A program made the position numbers and the translations under genes. The notes under the pieces are model-generated. The model searched no databases. It had not been told where the DNA came from and was given only the letters and a program-made list of their open reading frames with translations. Below are positions 14,153 to 27,700 of a DNA stretch of 55,055 nucleotides, in pieces (within the stretch, counting starts at the first letter, position 1; the number at the start of each line of letters is the position of its first letter). The stretch lies in assembly GCA_000320545.1 (NCBI GenBank), contig ADNK01003515.1, forward strand, positions 1-55,055. Reading direction: 5' to 3'. This DNA comes from Bigelowiella natans CCMP2755. Lineage: Eukaryota > Protista > Cercozoa.

Positions 14153-14271
14153 CATTAGATAGATAAGATAATACTGCTACATCAATCACTACTTGGTATA
14201 TATTCTTAGGATGAGCCTCACAATGTAGCTGTCAATGGCAACCTAAACATAATAAAATAACAAACCTTATC

Positions 14272-14304
<33 letters not shown>

Positions 14305-14680
14305 GATGATGATACTACCTGATCTACAAGTCCCGGTCTTCTAACCTTAATAGCGACAACTCTATCGTCGGCATCATCATCATCATTATCTTCATTTACG
14401 CGTTGTTTGAACAACGTTGCTTTATAAACTTGAGCGAGAGAGGCTGCAGCTACTGGTGCTGCTGTTATTTTCTCAAAAACATTCAGGCCTATTTCTTCAT
14501 CTATGATACGTTTGGCAATTTTGTCACTGAACGGAGCAGTTCTATCCTGCAGCTTCTCTAAAGCCTGGGCTGCTTCTTCGCCGATTAGATCAGGCCTTGT
14601 TGCTGCAGTTTGACCCAGCTTAATAAATAGGACACCAATACTAGTAATAGCATCACGAAGGATCTTGCCACGATATCTGC

Positions 14681-14715
<35 letters not shown>

Positions 14716-15082
14716 AATGATGATGATATAAATAATGAGGCGTAAGAAGAAGAGGTACTCATAACTATAATTCATATAGACGAATGAAACCGGCAAGCAG
14801 GCTAAAATTGATGCTAAAATTGATGAAGATGGTATAGTGTATAATGATGATAATGATGGCAATCAAAGGGGATGTGTTGTTTGTATCAATTTTACTACAC
14901 GTAGTTGTACTTTACTTGAAGGTACTCGCTACTCTGTTTTATGTTACTACACGTAGTAGTAGTAGTAGTAGTAGTAGTAGTACTTCAAGGTCGCTACTCT
15001 GTATGAATGTTACTACACGTGGTACGGAGTAGTAGTTTTCTTGAAGGTTGCCACTCCGTTAAAATACACACACACACACACG

Positions 15083-15140
<58 letters not shown>

Positions 15141-15838
15141 TGTTACTAGTTCATAGTTCGTAGTGGTACTTTTCTTGAAGGTCGTTACTCTGACACTCTT
15201 CTGCACTCGGCTCAAAGTCGCATTGTGGCGCTCTCTAAGCAATCACGGTAAGTAGTACCACACACAAAAATAACTTATCAAACAAAACATCCAGTCTACT
15301 TCATGAAAGAAGATATATTTTGTTCTTTCTAGGCATTACTACCACCACTATACACGCTACTAATGTTTGTTACTAATGTTTCTTCTTGTTTCTCTTACCC
15401 GTACAGTAGTTTCTAGACCGCCACCTTCGGAGTCTAACTTCCAAACGGCTGCTACACGTGCAAATGTGCCAAGTATTTTTGCCAAACGTGAAGCTACAAG
15501 CAATGGTCTTTTACTGAAGTGATCATCCAGCTTGATCATTTTTTGTTCGAAAGTAAGCTCTTTAGCCAAGAGAATCGGCTCAAGCGGTGAGCGTATTTCT
15601 CCCCCCTCTTGTAGCATTTGAGGAGGAGGAGGAGGAGGAGCAGGGATTGTAGCAGTGGTATCTGATCAGGGCCCCCGCATCAGTGTCAAATGATGATGAT
15701 GATGTGCAATCATGAAATATTATTGAGGATAGTCGTGTAGTATAATATGCGATTACTAGCACCACAGAGAAAGAAAGAGCCTTTTGCAGATAGATAATAA
15801 TAGCCGTGGAATATTATATAGTACTTGCTAAACTCCTC

Positions 15839-15872
<34 letters not shown>

Positions 15873-15996
15873 CATGGGATCTCGAATTAACTGTCCTTCT
15901 CTGAATTCTTGGGCAATTTTTTGGAAATGCTGGATTAGCAGGCATCGAGTGTCTAAAGTTGAAACCACGTAGTTTCCTAAGAGAACGATATATCAT
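7630..15996 (-). CDS. ABC1/UbiB atypical kinase (ABC1K family, probably plastid-targeted), many exons with microsatellite-rich introns
   Basis: Spliced exons give FIKLGQTAATRPDL, APVAAASLAQVYKA, VAIKVRRP, LLEELDFRQEA, LTLEWIDG, GIVHADPHYGNMLYDNDGKLVLLDFGL and FTLPEWMLFIIRSVITLDGFA...LAYPHALRRALT. The core at 10205-15617 is firm. The 5' end (transit-like Ser-rich peptide) and the 3' exons at 7630-10000 are uncertain. Confidence 0.88.
9332..9424 (+). repeat. Intronic tandem duplication, 50-bp unit
   Basis: CACCGTCAGRAGAAGAAAGAAGGGTTTTGATAACATCTGATCA occurs twice. Confidence 0.85.
13201..13302 (+). repeat. Intronic tandem duplication, 57-bp unit
   Basis: GTAGTATCCCCCTAGTRCTAGTACTATTAAGTGGTGG occurs twice. 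Confidence 0.8.
14895..15195 (-). repeat. Degenerate tandem repeat (about 4 copies) in the ABC1K gene
   Basis: CAGAGTARCGACCTTCAAG...ACTAC-like units recur on the minus strand. Confidence 0.55.
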
Positions 15997-17912
15997 ATAT
16001 AATTAGTAACACATCCTAAAATGCATCTAAATCGGATAAATAGGACGGAGGAACAAATGATGCGAGAGGGGAAGTGCGTTTCACCTAAAACGGGCTGCTG
16101 CTGTGCAGTCTTTTGTAAAACGACGACCCCCTACTACTACTCTACTCCTAGGAGGGAGACTAAGAATATGATGATGCACATAAATTATTATCGCATAATC
16201 AGGACCCTGTCTATCGACCGATAAATAATCGTAATTCTTTGAGATGGGAGAGCACAATCAAGAGTGTAGAATAACAACCACCAACCTGAAAGCTGCCCCC
16301 CCTGTGGTCATAATCATCGCCATTAGGAGGAGCATCCATTGAACTAAACATGCCTTCCAGGCTGTCATTTATCGGATCGGGAAAGATGTTTCTGGTTACG
16401 ACTCTTTCCGATGCTGATTTCGACGAGCAATAGAGTAATAAAAGCACGATGATGATGATTCAGTGGTTTCTGCTGCAAGGTGGGTGCGACAACCCTAGGA
16501 TCATATAATCAGCGTAGTAGTATTGTGAAATAATGTGTAAATACACTTATCAAAGCTAGCTTCTGAAAGTGTATATCACCCACACGGAAAACTAATCTGA
16601 GTAAAGACCCCTTAAATTCAAAAGTAGCATCTACTCGAAATGAAATCTCCCAGTTAACTGATACGTCCATTGTTCACCAAAAACGTATTTAATTGTTAAA
16701 TTTGTTTGTTTGGGGGAAAATATTGAAGATTGTGATAATCAGGGAAACTGCACGAGAACCACCTTCCTCATCTCTGACGTTTTGATCAGAGGGGTAGGCG
16801 GCCCTCCATCAAACGACGTGTCAGGACACATCCCGAAGATTGTAGGGTCTTTTCAAACTGATTGCAATGTTTTTCCAATATATTTTTAGTTGATTTACCT
16901 TAAAACTAATGTCGTACACAATGAATAAAAGTGATCTCTTCATTCTATCTTTCTTAATATTATTCTTAAATTCTCTTCTTTTCCTTGGAGATCCCCAGAA
17001 AGTCTCTCATGCTGTGGTGGATGAAGCTTGGATTTAGTACCAAAGAGGTAAAAAGAAAGAATCGGGGAAAATCATTAACCAGAGCATAAATGCCAGCTTT
17101 TTGTTATTACGACTTATACTCGTAGAGTATACGAAGAATTATCAGGGAAATTATCAGGGAAATTCTGCACAGTGGCAAATGTGACGTACTAAGCTCATGC
17201 TTTGTCACAGGCTCCTTTTCTTATTTTTTTCTCTTGGTTGAAAATGTGCTTGACAAATTTATTTGCAATTATTTTCCTTCTCGACAAAATATTTTTCGGC
17301 TAGGGTTCGGACAGCGAGGGTATGCTACTTCTACGCGCGATTTTATTGTTGAAAATCTGCCGCCCTGCCTACTAATTAATCGGCCCTAAAAGTTTGAAAC
17401 GGCAGATTTCATGCTGCGTCTTCATGAATTGAGGTTTTTTTGTTCAAAATAGGACTACATGAGATCCCGAGATATTATTTTTGGACAATAATAATTATTG
17501 GTTGGTGGTACTTAGATCTAGGAGAGGATGCTCCCTCTTTCTCTCTCTTTCTTTCTTTCTCATTACAGGTTGAGACAGTCAAAGAAAAGGAGGAAAATGG
17601 GTTCTGAACAAACACATACGACAACTTATCCGTCGAAAGAATTTTTATCATGAGTCAATCTGTCGAAATTTTCCAGTTAAAGTGGAGTCGTTATATTTTT
17701 AAATGCTGCAATTTGTCTTTAATGACGTATAGAAGATATGCAAGGCTTTTTTGTTATATCGTACGTGATGATGTACATTATGTGTCTTAAGGATTCCTGA
17801 GCCACTCCTCCAGTGTAAGGTGCTTCGCACATCAACTCCTCCTCCTCGCCAACTCGCTACCACAAGGAGGAGTGCCGAGGCCTCCTGGTGCTCCGCGCTA
17901 CATACCATTCCA

Positions 17913-18251
17913 ATGCAAAGGCGCTACATATTTAAAAAAACGTTGGATACTAGAAGATGGAGCTTGCGGGTTCTAGCAATGTTTCTCCTAGCTAGCATAG
18001 GCATACTGCTCACGGGGCAGCTTAGCGCGACGCCTCCAGCTGCATTTCCGTTAAAATTTAAGGTACATAGAATGTATTCTACAACATATTTCCTCTGTGT
18101 TTTATGCTAATTATGAAAGGATGGGGTATAGACCTACTACCTCAAATATGAATCGGCATCGCTGCACTGCCTATGGACCTATGTCCGATCCAAACCCCTA
18201 GATGTGTGTATTTGGGAGGGAGAGACAGAGTGGAGAAATAAGGGGGGGATG

Positions 18252-18283
<32 letters not shown>

Positions 18284-18940
18284 TATAATAACAATAAAGA
18301 GGATAAGGAAGCCAAAATATTTATCGATTGATGTCTGTGACAATACAAGATTTAATCACCTTTTTTTATCTCTTAGGTTAGTGCATCTAGGATGTCTTCA
18401 ACTCCGCCTGCAGTTACAAGTTCAACGAATCGTATTCAAAGATTTTCTCGCTTCTGGAGAGAAAGAAGGGTAGCAAGAGAAAACAAGGTGAGTGTGAAAT
18501 ACGCAATGTCTGTGAATTTTCTGAGAGTAGCATTAACAAACAGGAAAGGAATTTTGCAATGAATGTGGTCCTCTCGGGGAAAACAATTGCAATCGCCGCA
18601 GACGAAGTTACGGCAGATGGGGATCGTATTCCACTTACCAACTTTCAGAAATGGTCGGTCGATGCAGACGATGACGAAACAGAACGATTGGCTAAGTTTG
18701 AAGCTTTACTTGAGAACCGGCACCTTACTGCTAGGGAGAAATTAAGTATCATGATGCAAGTCAATGACGTCCTACGACTTCTTCGAGGAAAACCAACCGT
18801 AGAAGAGGCCTGCGAAACCTTAACTGGAATGCAGGAAAACATCCAGATTCGTGATGGGGGAGAAATTCGTCGCCAGGCCGCCGCTGAATCTAATAATGAA
18901 GAAGTAGCAACGGTTAAGGAAGCCCACGCTTCTGTTAGAA

Positions 18941-18945
<5 letters not shown>
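17913..18945 (+). CDS. Hypothetical multi-exon protein with N-terminal hydrophobic anchor (possibly plastid-targeted)
   Basis: Exon 1 has a hydrophobic stretch (VLAMFLLASIGILLTG) ending at a GT donor. The last exon is a 128-aa ORF of natural composition after an AG acceptor. No family recognised. Confidence 0.5.
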
Positions 18946-19011
<66 letters not shown>

Positions 19012-19804
19012 GAAGAATATGAAAATATGAAGAATTTAATGAACATGATCAAGCCTTCGCGCTAAATTACAATTTTAATCTCTTACACCGTCAAGAAAAT
19101 AGTCATCATCTATATGGATGATTATACAGACACATAGCACAACTTAAACGATGATATACCAGTCGGGGATACACTAGAATGATGAGCATCCTCATTGCAC
19201 ATAAAAAGTGAATGGGAAAAGGAAATCAAGAATCACGAAACATAGCAAATTGCACGTTAAGCTTTTTATAAACTACATTGATTTCGTATCATGTGACCTG
19301 GACCTATGAACTGGAATCTGTATCCTAAATTTCATGGTGCAGAATCGAAGGATCAGCGCAAAATGACGATGAATTTTGCATTGTGTGCAACACAGTCATG
19401 TCTCATGAAAAAGGCTAAGCTATGCAACTAAGCTCTGAAAACAAAGGAGGAGGTGTTCAAGTGACATGGGCAATGCAGTGATGAGAAGCAAAACAATGCA
19501 ATGATGAGAAAAACAATGCAATGATTGTGCCAGCAAGAAACATGCTTGACGTGCTGACCACGTCTGGGTGTGCATTGCACGCGTGCACACAGCTAGACAG
19601 ACTAGACCGTGCATGAGAACATGAGAACGTGAACGCAGCGAGGCACACAAACATGCACCATGTCCATGTTTGCGTTCACAGTCTGCAGAGTCCAGCAGTG
19701 TGCAATGTGTGAAACGCGTGCGCGGCGCCACTGTGGCTAGCTGGAATGTGGCAACTCCATTCATTTGCAGAATTGCAAACTGTGAATCGAAGTGCACACC
19801 GCAC

Positions 19805-19820
19805 GCTTGGTTGTCCACTT
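19805..19820 (+). repeat. Left terminal inverted repeat
   Basis: Exact reverse complement of 28259-28274. Confidence 0.75.
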
Positions 19821-20240
19821 CAGAGGCAAAAATGGTCACGATCGACGCAAAATGTGATGCCTGAGAGCGCTGTCAAAAGGCAAAGTTGCGATTGCGCGAA
19901 ACGACATGGCGGGGAAAAATCGCGAACGCAGCGCAGCATGAGAATGAACACGTGCAAATGGGGCAGCGAATCAAACATGTGCATGGCAGATGCGAGAGCA
20001 AACGGAGGCAAGTCAGCAAATTGCAAAGTGAAGCGCGTTTTGAAATGCACGAAAGAGAATTTGTGTTCACAAATGTCACGTTGATTGATTTTGCATTGAA
20101 AAGTGCGTGCAGTTGAGATTGAAACAATGTGGCCAAAAAAGGAAAAATGGACTGCAGATGGAGCTTTTGCTCATCAGGAAAGCGATGAGACACGTGGAAA
20201 TGGGTCATGATGGGCCATCATGGACCTTTTTTTTTTTTTT

Positions 20241-23200
20241 TCACTTTGTCCAAAGATCTTCTGCATCGCGAGCAATCTTTTCGTGCGTGTTTTTGCAGTC
20301 TTCAGAACAAAATCGCAAGTTGAACGCGGTGCTCTTTGTGGGCATGCAAGCCTTGTGGCCGATCAAGTTGCACTCAGCACATTGCGCACGCTCTTTGGGC
20401 AAAACGGGCCTCTCACAAAAGTGACACTGCAGAGGATCGGACGTGTGGCGCTTGATGGACTTGCCCACAGTCTTGGCGGTCTTGGGCTTCTTCGCAGGAG
20501 ACACTCTGGCACGCAAAGTGTGTGGGCGTTTCTCACCTGAGAAACGTGTGGATCACGAACGTGCCAGCGTGTGAGCAACAATCAAAGTGAGTTGTTCACC
20601 TTTGCCTTTGGTTGGACTGGCTTGTTTCTTGCCGAGCTCGGCCAGAGGCATTTCGTCGTCGTCGTCGGCATCATCGGGCGACTTCTCCTCAGAACGGCCA
20701 AGGTCGTGCCAGTGATTTCCAAAACGATGAAGGGCACTGCACTTGGTCAAGGTGGCATTGAACTTGGTCTCGAAAAGCTCTTTCTTGGAAGATGTGTGGT
20801 CGGTCGTGACCACCAAGTGCGTGCTTGTGTCGTGGCGTGTGGTTTTGTTCTGGTTCAGTCTTGGTGGTGGCGTGTTGGACACGTGTGTTTGCACGTGCAA
20901 TGCGTGCATGCTTGCGCACTTGCCTTGGGCAGTGCGACAGGCTTTCTGAGTCATGTGCACACCAGGTGGCATGCACGTGTTCAGTTTCCATCGTGTTTTC
21001 TTTTGTGTGCAAGTTTGTGGACACGTGTGAGCCCAATTGCACGGGTGCGCGTTGGCACGCAAAGCTGGAAAGGTGTGCACGTTGCGTGCGTGGCATGGGG
21101 GTTTCCACGTGATGTCACGTGGGTTTGGATGGCGTGTCAGTGTGACGTGACACGTCAGCATCACGTGGGTGATGGTTGTGTTCTTCCAGTGCAGCTTGAT
21201 GATGAAGCACATGGATGGGGAAGCAGCACTGGCAAGTGATGCAGTTGCCCAATCCACGTGCATGTGTGGGGACAAAACAAGTCAGCAAGTTTGCGCATTG
21301 TGGCCCCGCTTGGGCCAGCAAGACGTGGAACGAGTTGGGTTGCAAAAGGGAACTTTTGCAGCACAAGTTGGCGAAGTGATGTCAGGGAAAAGTGTTGCCC
21401 TTTCAATCTGAAAATGGCGTGATGTGATGTGCTCAACTGAACCAGTTGCAGCAAAGTGAAACGCGCGCGCAAAAGTCAAAAGACCCGCGTGCGAGCGGTG
21501 ATGTCCTCTTGGGAGCTTGTTTTGGCATGCGTGCTCAAGCTCCTCACAATGCACTTTCACCATCAGGGTTTCAGTGTTTTGTTTTCAACAAGCATTGACC
21601 ACATCAACGTGCAACAACAAGCATCAGCTGGCAGCGCACCTGTTGGCTGATTGCACTGGCAGCGGCGCCACAAGATGGATCATCCTTTTCAATCATCGAT
21701 TGGACTTTGGCCTTGGTGCAGTTGGCAATCACCCGGTGGTGGTTCAACTGAGTGCACTTGCGTGTGTGGTGCAACAGTGCACACGCGTCGAACCCTCGTC
21801 CACCACGGGCAATCAGGACAGTGGATCTCTCCTCGCAAAAAGCAGAGCACAGGTGTTCCATCACATCGCCTTTTCCATCCACTGTGAAAGACTTGCCTTC
21901 CACGGTGGTGACCTTTGGACTCGAAGTGATGGTGAGGTTCTCGCTCTTCCCCAAGTCCACACGCGCGCAACGCCCGTTCTTCGCGATGATGTGTGCGTCA
22001 ACCATCGGAGCAAAAGAGGTCTCAGGCTTTTGTGGACGTCGATCGTGCTCGCATGCACAGAGCACGTCGACGTCGTCGTGCCCAAAATTGTCGATGATTT
22101 CCCTGAAAGACTTGGAGTTTTCAGGGAGACACCGAACGGTGAGGGTGAAGTTGCCAGTGATGTGGCGATCCGTGTCCAGCTGTTTGCCAGCGTGGATCTT
22201 GTTGACGTGGATGTTGAGAGTCTTGTCATCGAAAGACTTGTGCAAGACTGCCCGATGTCGAAAGCTCCAACAAGAGTGTCAACGAAGACGTGCCAGCGTG
22301 ATCCAACAAAAAACGTGGAGTCACGAGTGCACTGGCATTTTCGCAACTTCAAAAAGAAGTGCACACCCATTGATTTGCCCTTCGATTGCACGACGATCCC
22401 TGGTTCATCGACGACGACTCCGGTGAGGACTTGGAGGTCGATCGCACCTCCCTTGAGTTGAACTCTTCCTGCATCCTCCACCGTGCGTCTTGCTTTGCAT
22501 TGGTCAACACAACTCTGGAAACTGTTCAATGCAACGTCTGGAATGACCCGCTTGTTCTTCTCTGGAGCCATCTTGTTTTTGACAAGGTGGAACTCAATTG
22601 CGAAACTGAGCCACTTGTCGTTCTGGGGAACTTGAAACTTCTCGCACAATGCCCCCCACGATGACAGGTCACGTTTTTTCGTGAAAAGACTTGTGAGGCA
22701 CTTGGACCCTGAAACACAAGTGACATCAGAACCAAGGCTGCAGTGATGCAAACAAAAAAGGTGACTCACGTTGTTTCCTTTGCAGATTGACGATCGTTTG
22801 CTTGGTGGTGTGCTCTTTGATGCTTGCAACTTTCTTGATCTCTGCCGTGTGACCTTTCTCGTCCATCCCGCGAACCTTGCTGATCCACTTGAAGTCCTTG
22901 GGTGCGTCGTGTGCAGCGTCGGGTCCCGGATTGCAAAGTTCCTCCAAGAGGTTCCAGCTGGATGCGCTCCACTCTGCGAGTCCAACCACCAATCCAAGGC
23001 AGGTCGCACCGCAACCGCCTTTGGAATGCGAGCTGGTGAGCTCTTTCCAATCGCCAATGTGTTCTTTGGCAAACCTGGTGGGACCCGTCCTGGAATCCAT
23101 TGCCTTGGCTTCCAGTGTGAGACTCACAGGTGGGAAGTCTTCACCTCGGCGATGGCATCCCACGTTGTGGACTTGGTGCCGACTTTGTCAGCTTCGTTGA

Positions 23201-24716
23201 CAAGGTGACCGTGTTTGCGGATCACCTTGTTGTCCTCTGGGTCACCTGTGTGGAAAACGTTGCAAGTGACTTTGCCACGACGTTCAGGTTTGCAGGTTGC
23301 CAGTGGTTCTTGCAGTGCGACCCGGCGGTGATTCCCGTCAATCACTTCAGCCCAGAAGCCTTTTTGAACTTGGAGTGCACTCTCCGTCACGCATTGCTTT
23401 GGACCTTCCCGTGAACGTTTGAGAGAAGTTTGGTTCTCTTTGTGCACGGGCGCAGAGGGGCGAACAAGTGCGCCAAGCACAACGTGAACAGACCGGTTCT
23501 TCACCATTGACTCTCGAACCTTGCGCACTTCCCCTTGCCTTGGTTTCCGAGAAGCTGTCTTTCCACGTTCCGGACCGACAAGTTGGTCCAGCTTCAGTTC
23601 GCACGTTCCCAGAAAGACTTTGTCGACAAGTGCCTCCACTTCTGCTCCGAGTTTGACTTTGGTGTCCTCTCCTTCGTTGACACTCTTGTCGCATTCTGAA
23701 CCAAAAGACAGTCAACGTTGTTTTGCACGAACGTGAAAAAACCAAGTGACCTTCAATGGTGATTCCTTTTGGAAGAACACCCTGGAGGTTCAAGTCTGGT
23801 TGACTTGGCGCACCTTTGCCCGGAGTTGTCTTGTCCTTCGTCTTCGCCACAGCCACGAATGACGACGACTGTTCAATGAGAGTTTTGACATTGCGAACGT
23901 GCCAGCACACTCGTCATTGCACTTTCAATTGACGAAACTGCAACACCGATTCTGGTTGGTCTTGAGCTGCAAGTTCCTGGTGGAGTTTCTTCAAGTTCCT
24001 CAGGTGTCTCTTGAGTTCCTTGACAACCTCTGACAACAACAACGATCAAGAAGTTTGTTTTGAAGTGTGCGAAGTTGCTGTCAAGTGCCTTGTTTTGTTT
24101 TGCATTGAGACATCTTGGCGCACTCATTGGATCTTGGACTTGCAATGGCGTTGTTTTCAACCCACTTGTCAAGTTTCAGACCCAGTGTTTCTTTCCCATC
24201 GTCCGGGGAAAACACCGACGCGGTGAGTGTGTTCAGCACTTCCTGGTTCGCGACTTGGCGGCGCTCGGTGTTCTTCAGCGCGTGCACGTCATGCTTCTTC
24301 CATTGGGCCCGCTTGCCTTGTTCGGCGGGCTGTTTGACGTGCAGCTGCCAATGGTTGTTCGGACCTGTCATGCCAGAGAGGCACCAGACAGAATCCAAAA
24401 CAGTGCACTTTCCTGAGAGGTGATGCGAACACGGTGCAGTCAGTGATGTGAACGATGTGAGCTGCGAGTTCCAATCGAAAGTGCAAGTCTGTCACCCGAG
24501 CCCCGTCTCACGTTCTGAACACTTCCCAAAACCGAATCCCTCACACTCGTGGTCGAGCTCACCGCATCCTTGCTTTGGCATTGTGAGGTTCGTGAGTGAG
24601 CGCAGTTGGGCGTGTGCAATCGAACGTTTCCGAAGTGTGCTGCGGCGCCCGTGATGCTCCAGAGCACCCTCTTGCAAGGCGCCAAGTGAGTGACCTCCTC
24701 TCACACCTGTGACCAT
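20241..24716 (-). pseudogene. Element-borne gene: ParB/Srx-like domain + degenerate amino-methyltransferase-like domain + C-terminal PHD finger (Tyr converted to Cys/His)
   Basis: WAEVIDGNHRRVAL is the ParB GxHR motif (about 23315-23360). GVVVDEPG (about 22400-22425) lies at a DPPY-like position. VMEHLCSAFCEERSTVLIARGGRGFDACALLHHTRK (about 21755-21865) resembles motif X-I of beta-class N6/N4 MTases. CHFC-x11-CAECNLIGHKAC...FCSEDC is PHD-like (about 20290-20430). Short GT-AG introns at about 20538-20600 and 23869-23922. Confidence 0.55.
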
Positions 24717-27700
24717 GGTGAAATCACGAAAATCGTCACTGACCGAAAAATCAAAGTTTCAAAATCGACTTTTCGGCACGCATTCGCACCTTCTTTTTTG
24801 GCTCATCGTGCAAAAAGCACACTGCATTGTCGTCACTTCAAGTGACACGCAATTGAAAGTGCAACCTCAAGGTCTGCTTTCAACTCAACACCTCACTTCA
24901 ATTCACAATGCAAAAATGACGTTCAAGAAATCACGTTGCGAGTGCACCAGTGTGTTCGCAAATCACGATGCACGTTTGTGAGCAGTGGAAAAAACGAACG
25001 TCGTCAGTCAAGGTTTTCGTGGAAAGGATTCAGGACAAAATTGTCCAAACTGGTGAGGAGTTCAATGGAATCCGAAACGGACGACGTTCACTTGGATGTT
25101 TTTGAAGCCGGAAGCAAATCGTTCCCAACTGAAGGTCTGTTTCACAACACTTGCAACCAAAAAGTGACATTGCAATTGTCAAACAGGTTTCTTTGGCTTC
25201 GAGTTGTTCGAGGTTTTCTGCACCCACTTCGTCCACAGGAGTGAACGTGACAAGTTTGGTCATTTGTCTTCATTGTCACAATTGAAATGGGCACTGAAAC
25301 AAAAGAAACTCAATGCATGCATCCGACACCTCGTTTCAATGGGTCTGCTGGCTTTGAGTGTGGAACACAAGCGGTTGCAATCCAAGTGGAAACACTTGTT
25401 GACGTCACTGCGGTTCAGAGGATTGTCATCAAATGGCACAAAACTGTTGTCCAAGATTGGGATTGGTGGTGGAAAATTTTTCTTCTTGAGGGGATGCAAA
25501 CAACTCCGTGACGATGGACATGGCAACAGCATGCGTGATCGTGTTGAGAACGATGAAGAGATCAGAGAATCAAAACTGAGCTTGATGTGGATTGACAATC
25601 ACGGGAAAACGTTGGCAGTTTGCACAGTTCAAATGCCAAGAGGAAACAACGTGCACAAAAACTGTCAATGGTGTGCAGCAGCAATTGAGAAGCATCCGAA
25701 TGCAACCTGCCCTTTTGTCAAGAAACCACGTTGGCACATTGAACAGGGACATCCCCAGTGTGACTTCATCTCGTTGTTTGGTGACAAATCCAATTGGTTC
25801 ACGCGTTTCATCAACGATGCTGAGTTCAATTTGTCCCGTGTTGCTTTGTGTCTGAAGTGGGACACCAGGCACGTGCCCATCAAAGTGACAGTTGAGACTG
25901 TGAGAAGAAGTGTGGCAGGTGAAAAGAAAAGGAACGCACACATCAGGGCAGTGAAAAACCGGGTCGACGCTCCACCACACGTGCAACCTTGCGAGGTGAG
26001 TGAACACAACGTCTCGGCAAGTGAAGGACTGTTCAAGGTTTCATTGAGCTTGTGCAAACACAGCGTTCCACAAAGTTGCATGATGACTGTGGTTTCAGAC
26101 GTGGCCATTCATGAAAGGATTTCTGAAGGTCATCCAAAGTGTTCCACTCCATTGCGAGTGCACCAGCGTGTTCGCAACGTTGTGTGTCACCACTCAGGCA
26201 CTTTGGTCAAAAAGTTTCCACGTCTTGGAGCCGAGGAACTTGGTCATGCCTGTTCTTGGGTGGTGGCACTCTTGCAAGTTTCTTTCCATGCTCGCATGGA
26301 GAAACTGCAAAGACGTTTTCGTGCCATTGTTTGCGAAACTGCACCCTGGGTGGAAGTGGAGTTCGAAACCAAAGTGCATTGCGCACATTGTGCACTTCTT
26401 TTCGCTCTCAAGAGTGACGTGTTCCAGCAACAAACGTGAAATTGACGAGTTTTTGGACACCAACTGGAACGTTGACAACAAAGAATCGTTTGACAAGTGT
26501 CCAGGTTGCAGCGTCCATCGTCAACACATCCCAGAGAGGGAAGAACTGGATTCATGGTGCTCTTTGCTTCGGTTTTGCACACCGTTGCTGCACAATCACG
26601 TGATCGCATTGAAAGTCGATGATTTTCAAGTGCTTTTCAGTTTGCACAAAAACGTCATGGCAGCTTTTGCCAATTTTGGGCACAAGCAACGTGGAAGGAA
26701 CACACGCATGAACCACCTGGTTCTTGAGATGCACCGAAATGCTTCCACTGATTTCTGGTCGAACTTCAGTGAAAGCCCAAATCGTGGCAACGAAGAACCT
26801 GGAGAACCTGTGTTGTCAATTTGTGGTCGCAAAGTGCTTCGGGACACCCATTCCAAAGGTGTCAAACACGCAAGTGAACATTTCAAGGTCATGAAAACTG
26901 TGTGGAACTGCACCAAAACACTTGGCACTGCCATGGGAGAAGGACACCTTCAACCGAAACAACCAGAAATCAAAAACAACACTCCGAACTTGAGAAAGAC
27001 ATCCGTTTGGTTCACGGAGCGCATCGAACACCTTGTTCAAGTTGTGAAAGACAAGTTGTCGCACGACGATGACGTGGAATTCACTTGCAACAAGTGCCAT
27101 TCAACTGCAAACAACGTTGATGTGCACAAAACAAAACTCAACAAACAACCTGATTGCACGGACAAAACCCGCATCAAGCATCACATCGTTTCTTTCGAGA
27201 AACAAATCGTTGATCTGATCCACTCTGGCCCAGAATGGTTCCAACGCAACATGGCTGGACATCACCCCGGTCGTGAACCAGGTGGTTCCAACACAGACAA
27301 CACGAGTGAACACAAACACGATGGGAGCGACGAACCCAGTTCAAGTGAAGATGCGATGCAACACGATGAAGACGATGATGAAACAAGCGCAGTGCCAATT
27401 GGCGCAGCCTGGCACAATGCTCACAGGGCAACAGAAAGGCAAAGACTCGAAGAACACACATCACGAGATGCGCACACTGCCTCGGTGACGCTGCATGCAT
27501 GAATCAGCTCATTTTCGCACATTGACATTCTTTTCAATCAGGTTCCAACACGCAAATCAATGAGATTGGACAAAGCACCGAAGCCCATGTGCGCCGACCC
27601 TTGCGCTGACACTGATGTTGGAATGGATGACAGCAGTGGAGATGACATTTTCGTGTTGTCTTCCAGTGATGATGATGACAGCAGTTTTTGTGATTGATTG

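Noticed and set aside
24300-24420. Chromodomain at the N-terminus of the element's minus-strand gene
   Set aside because: Only a vague aromatic pattern after reversion; too weak to call without a profile search.
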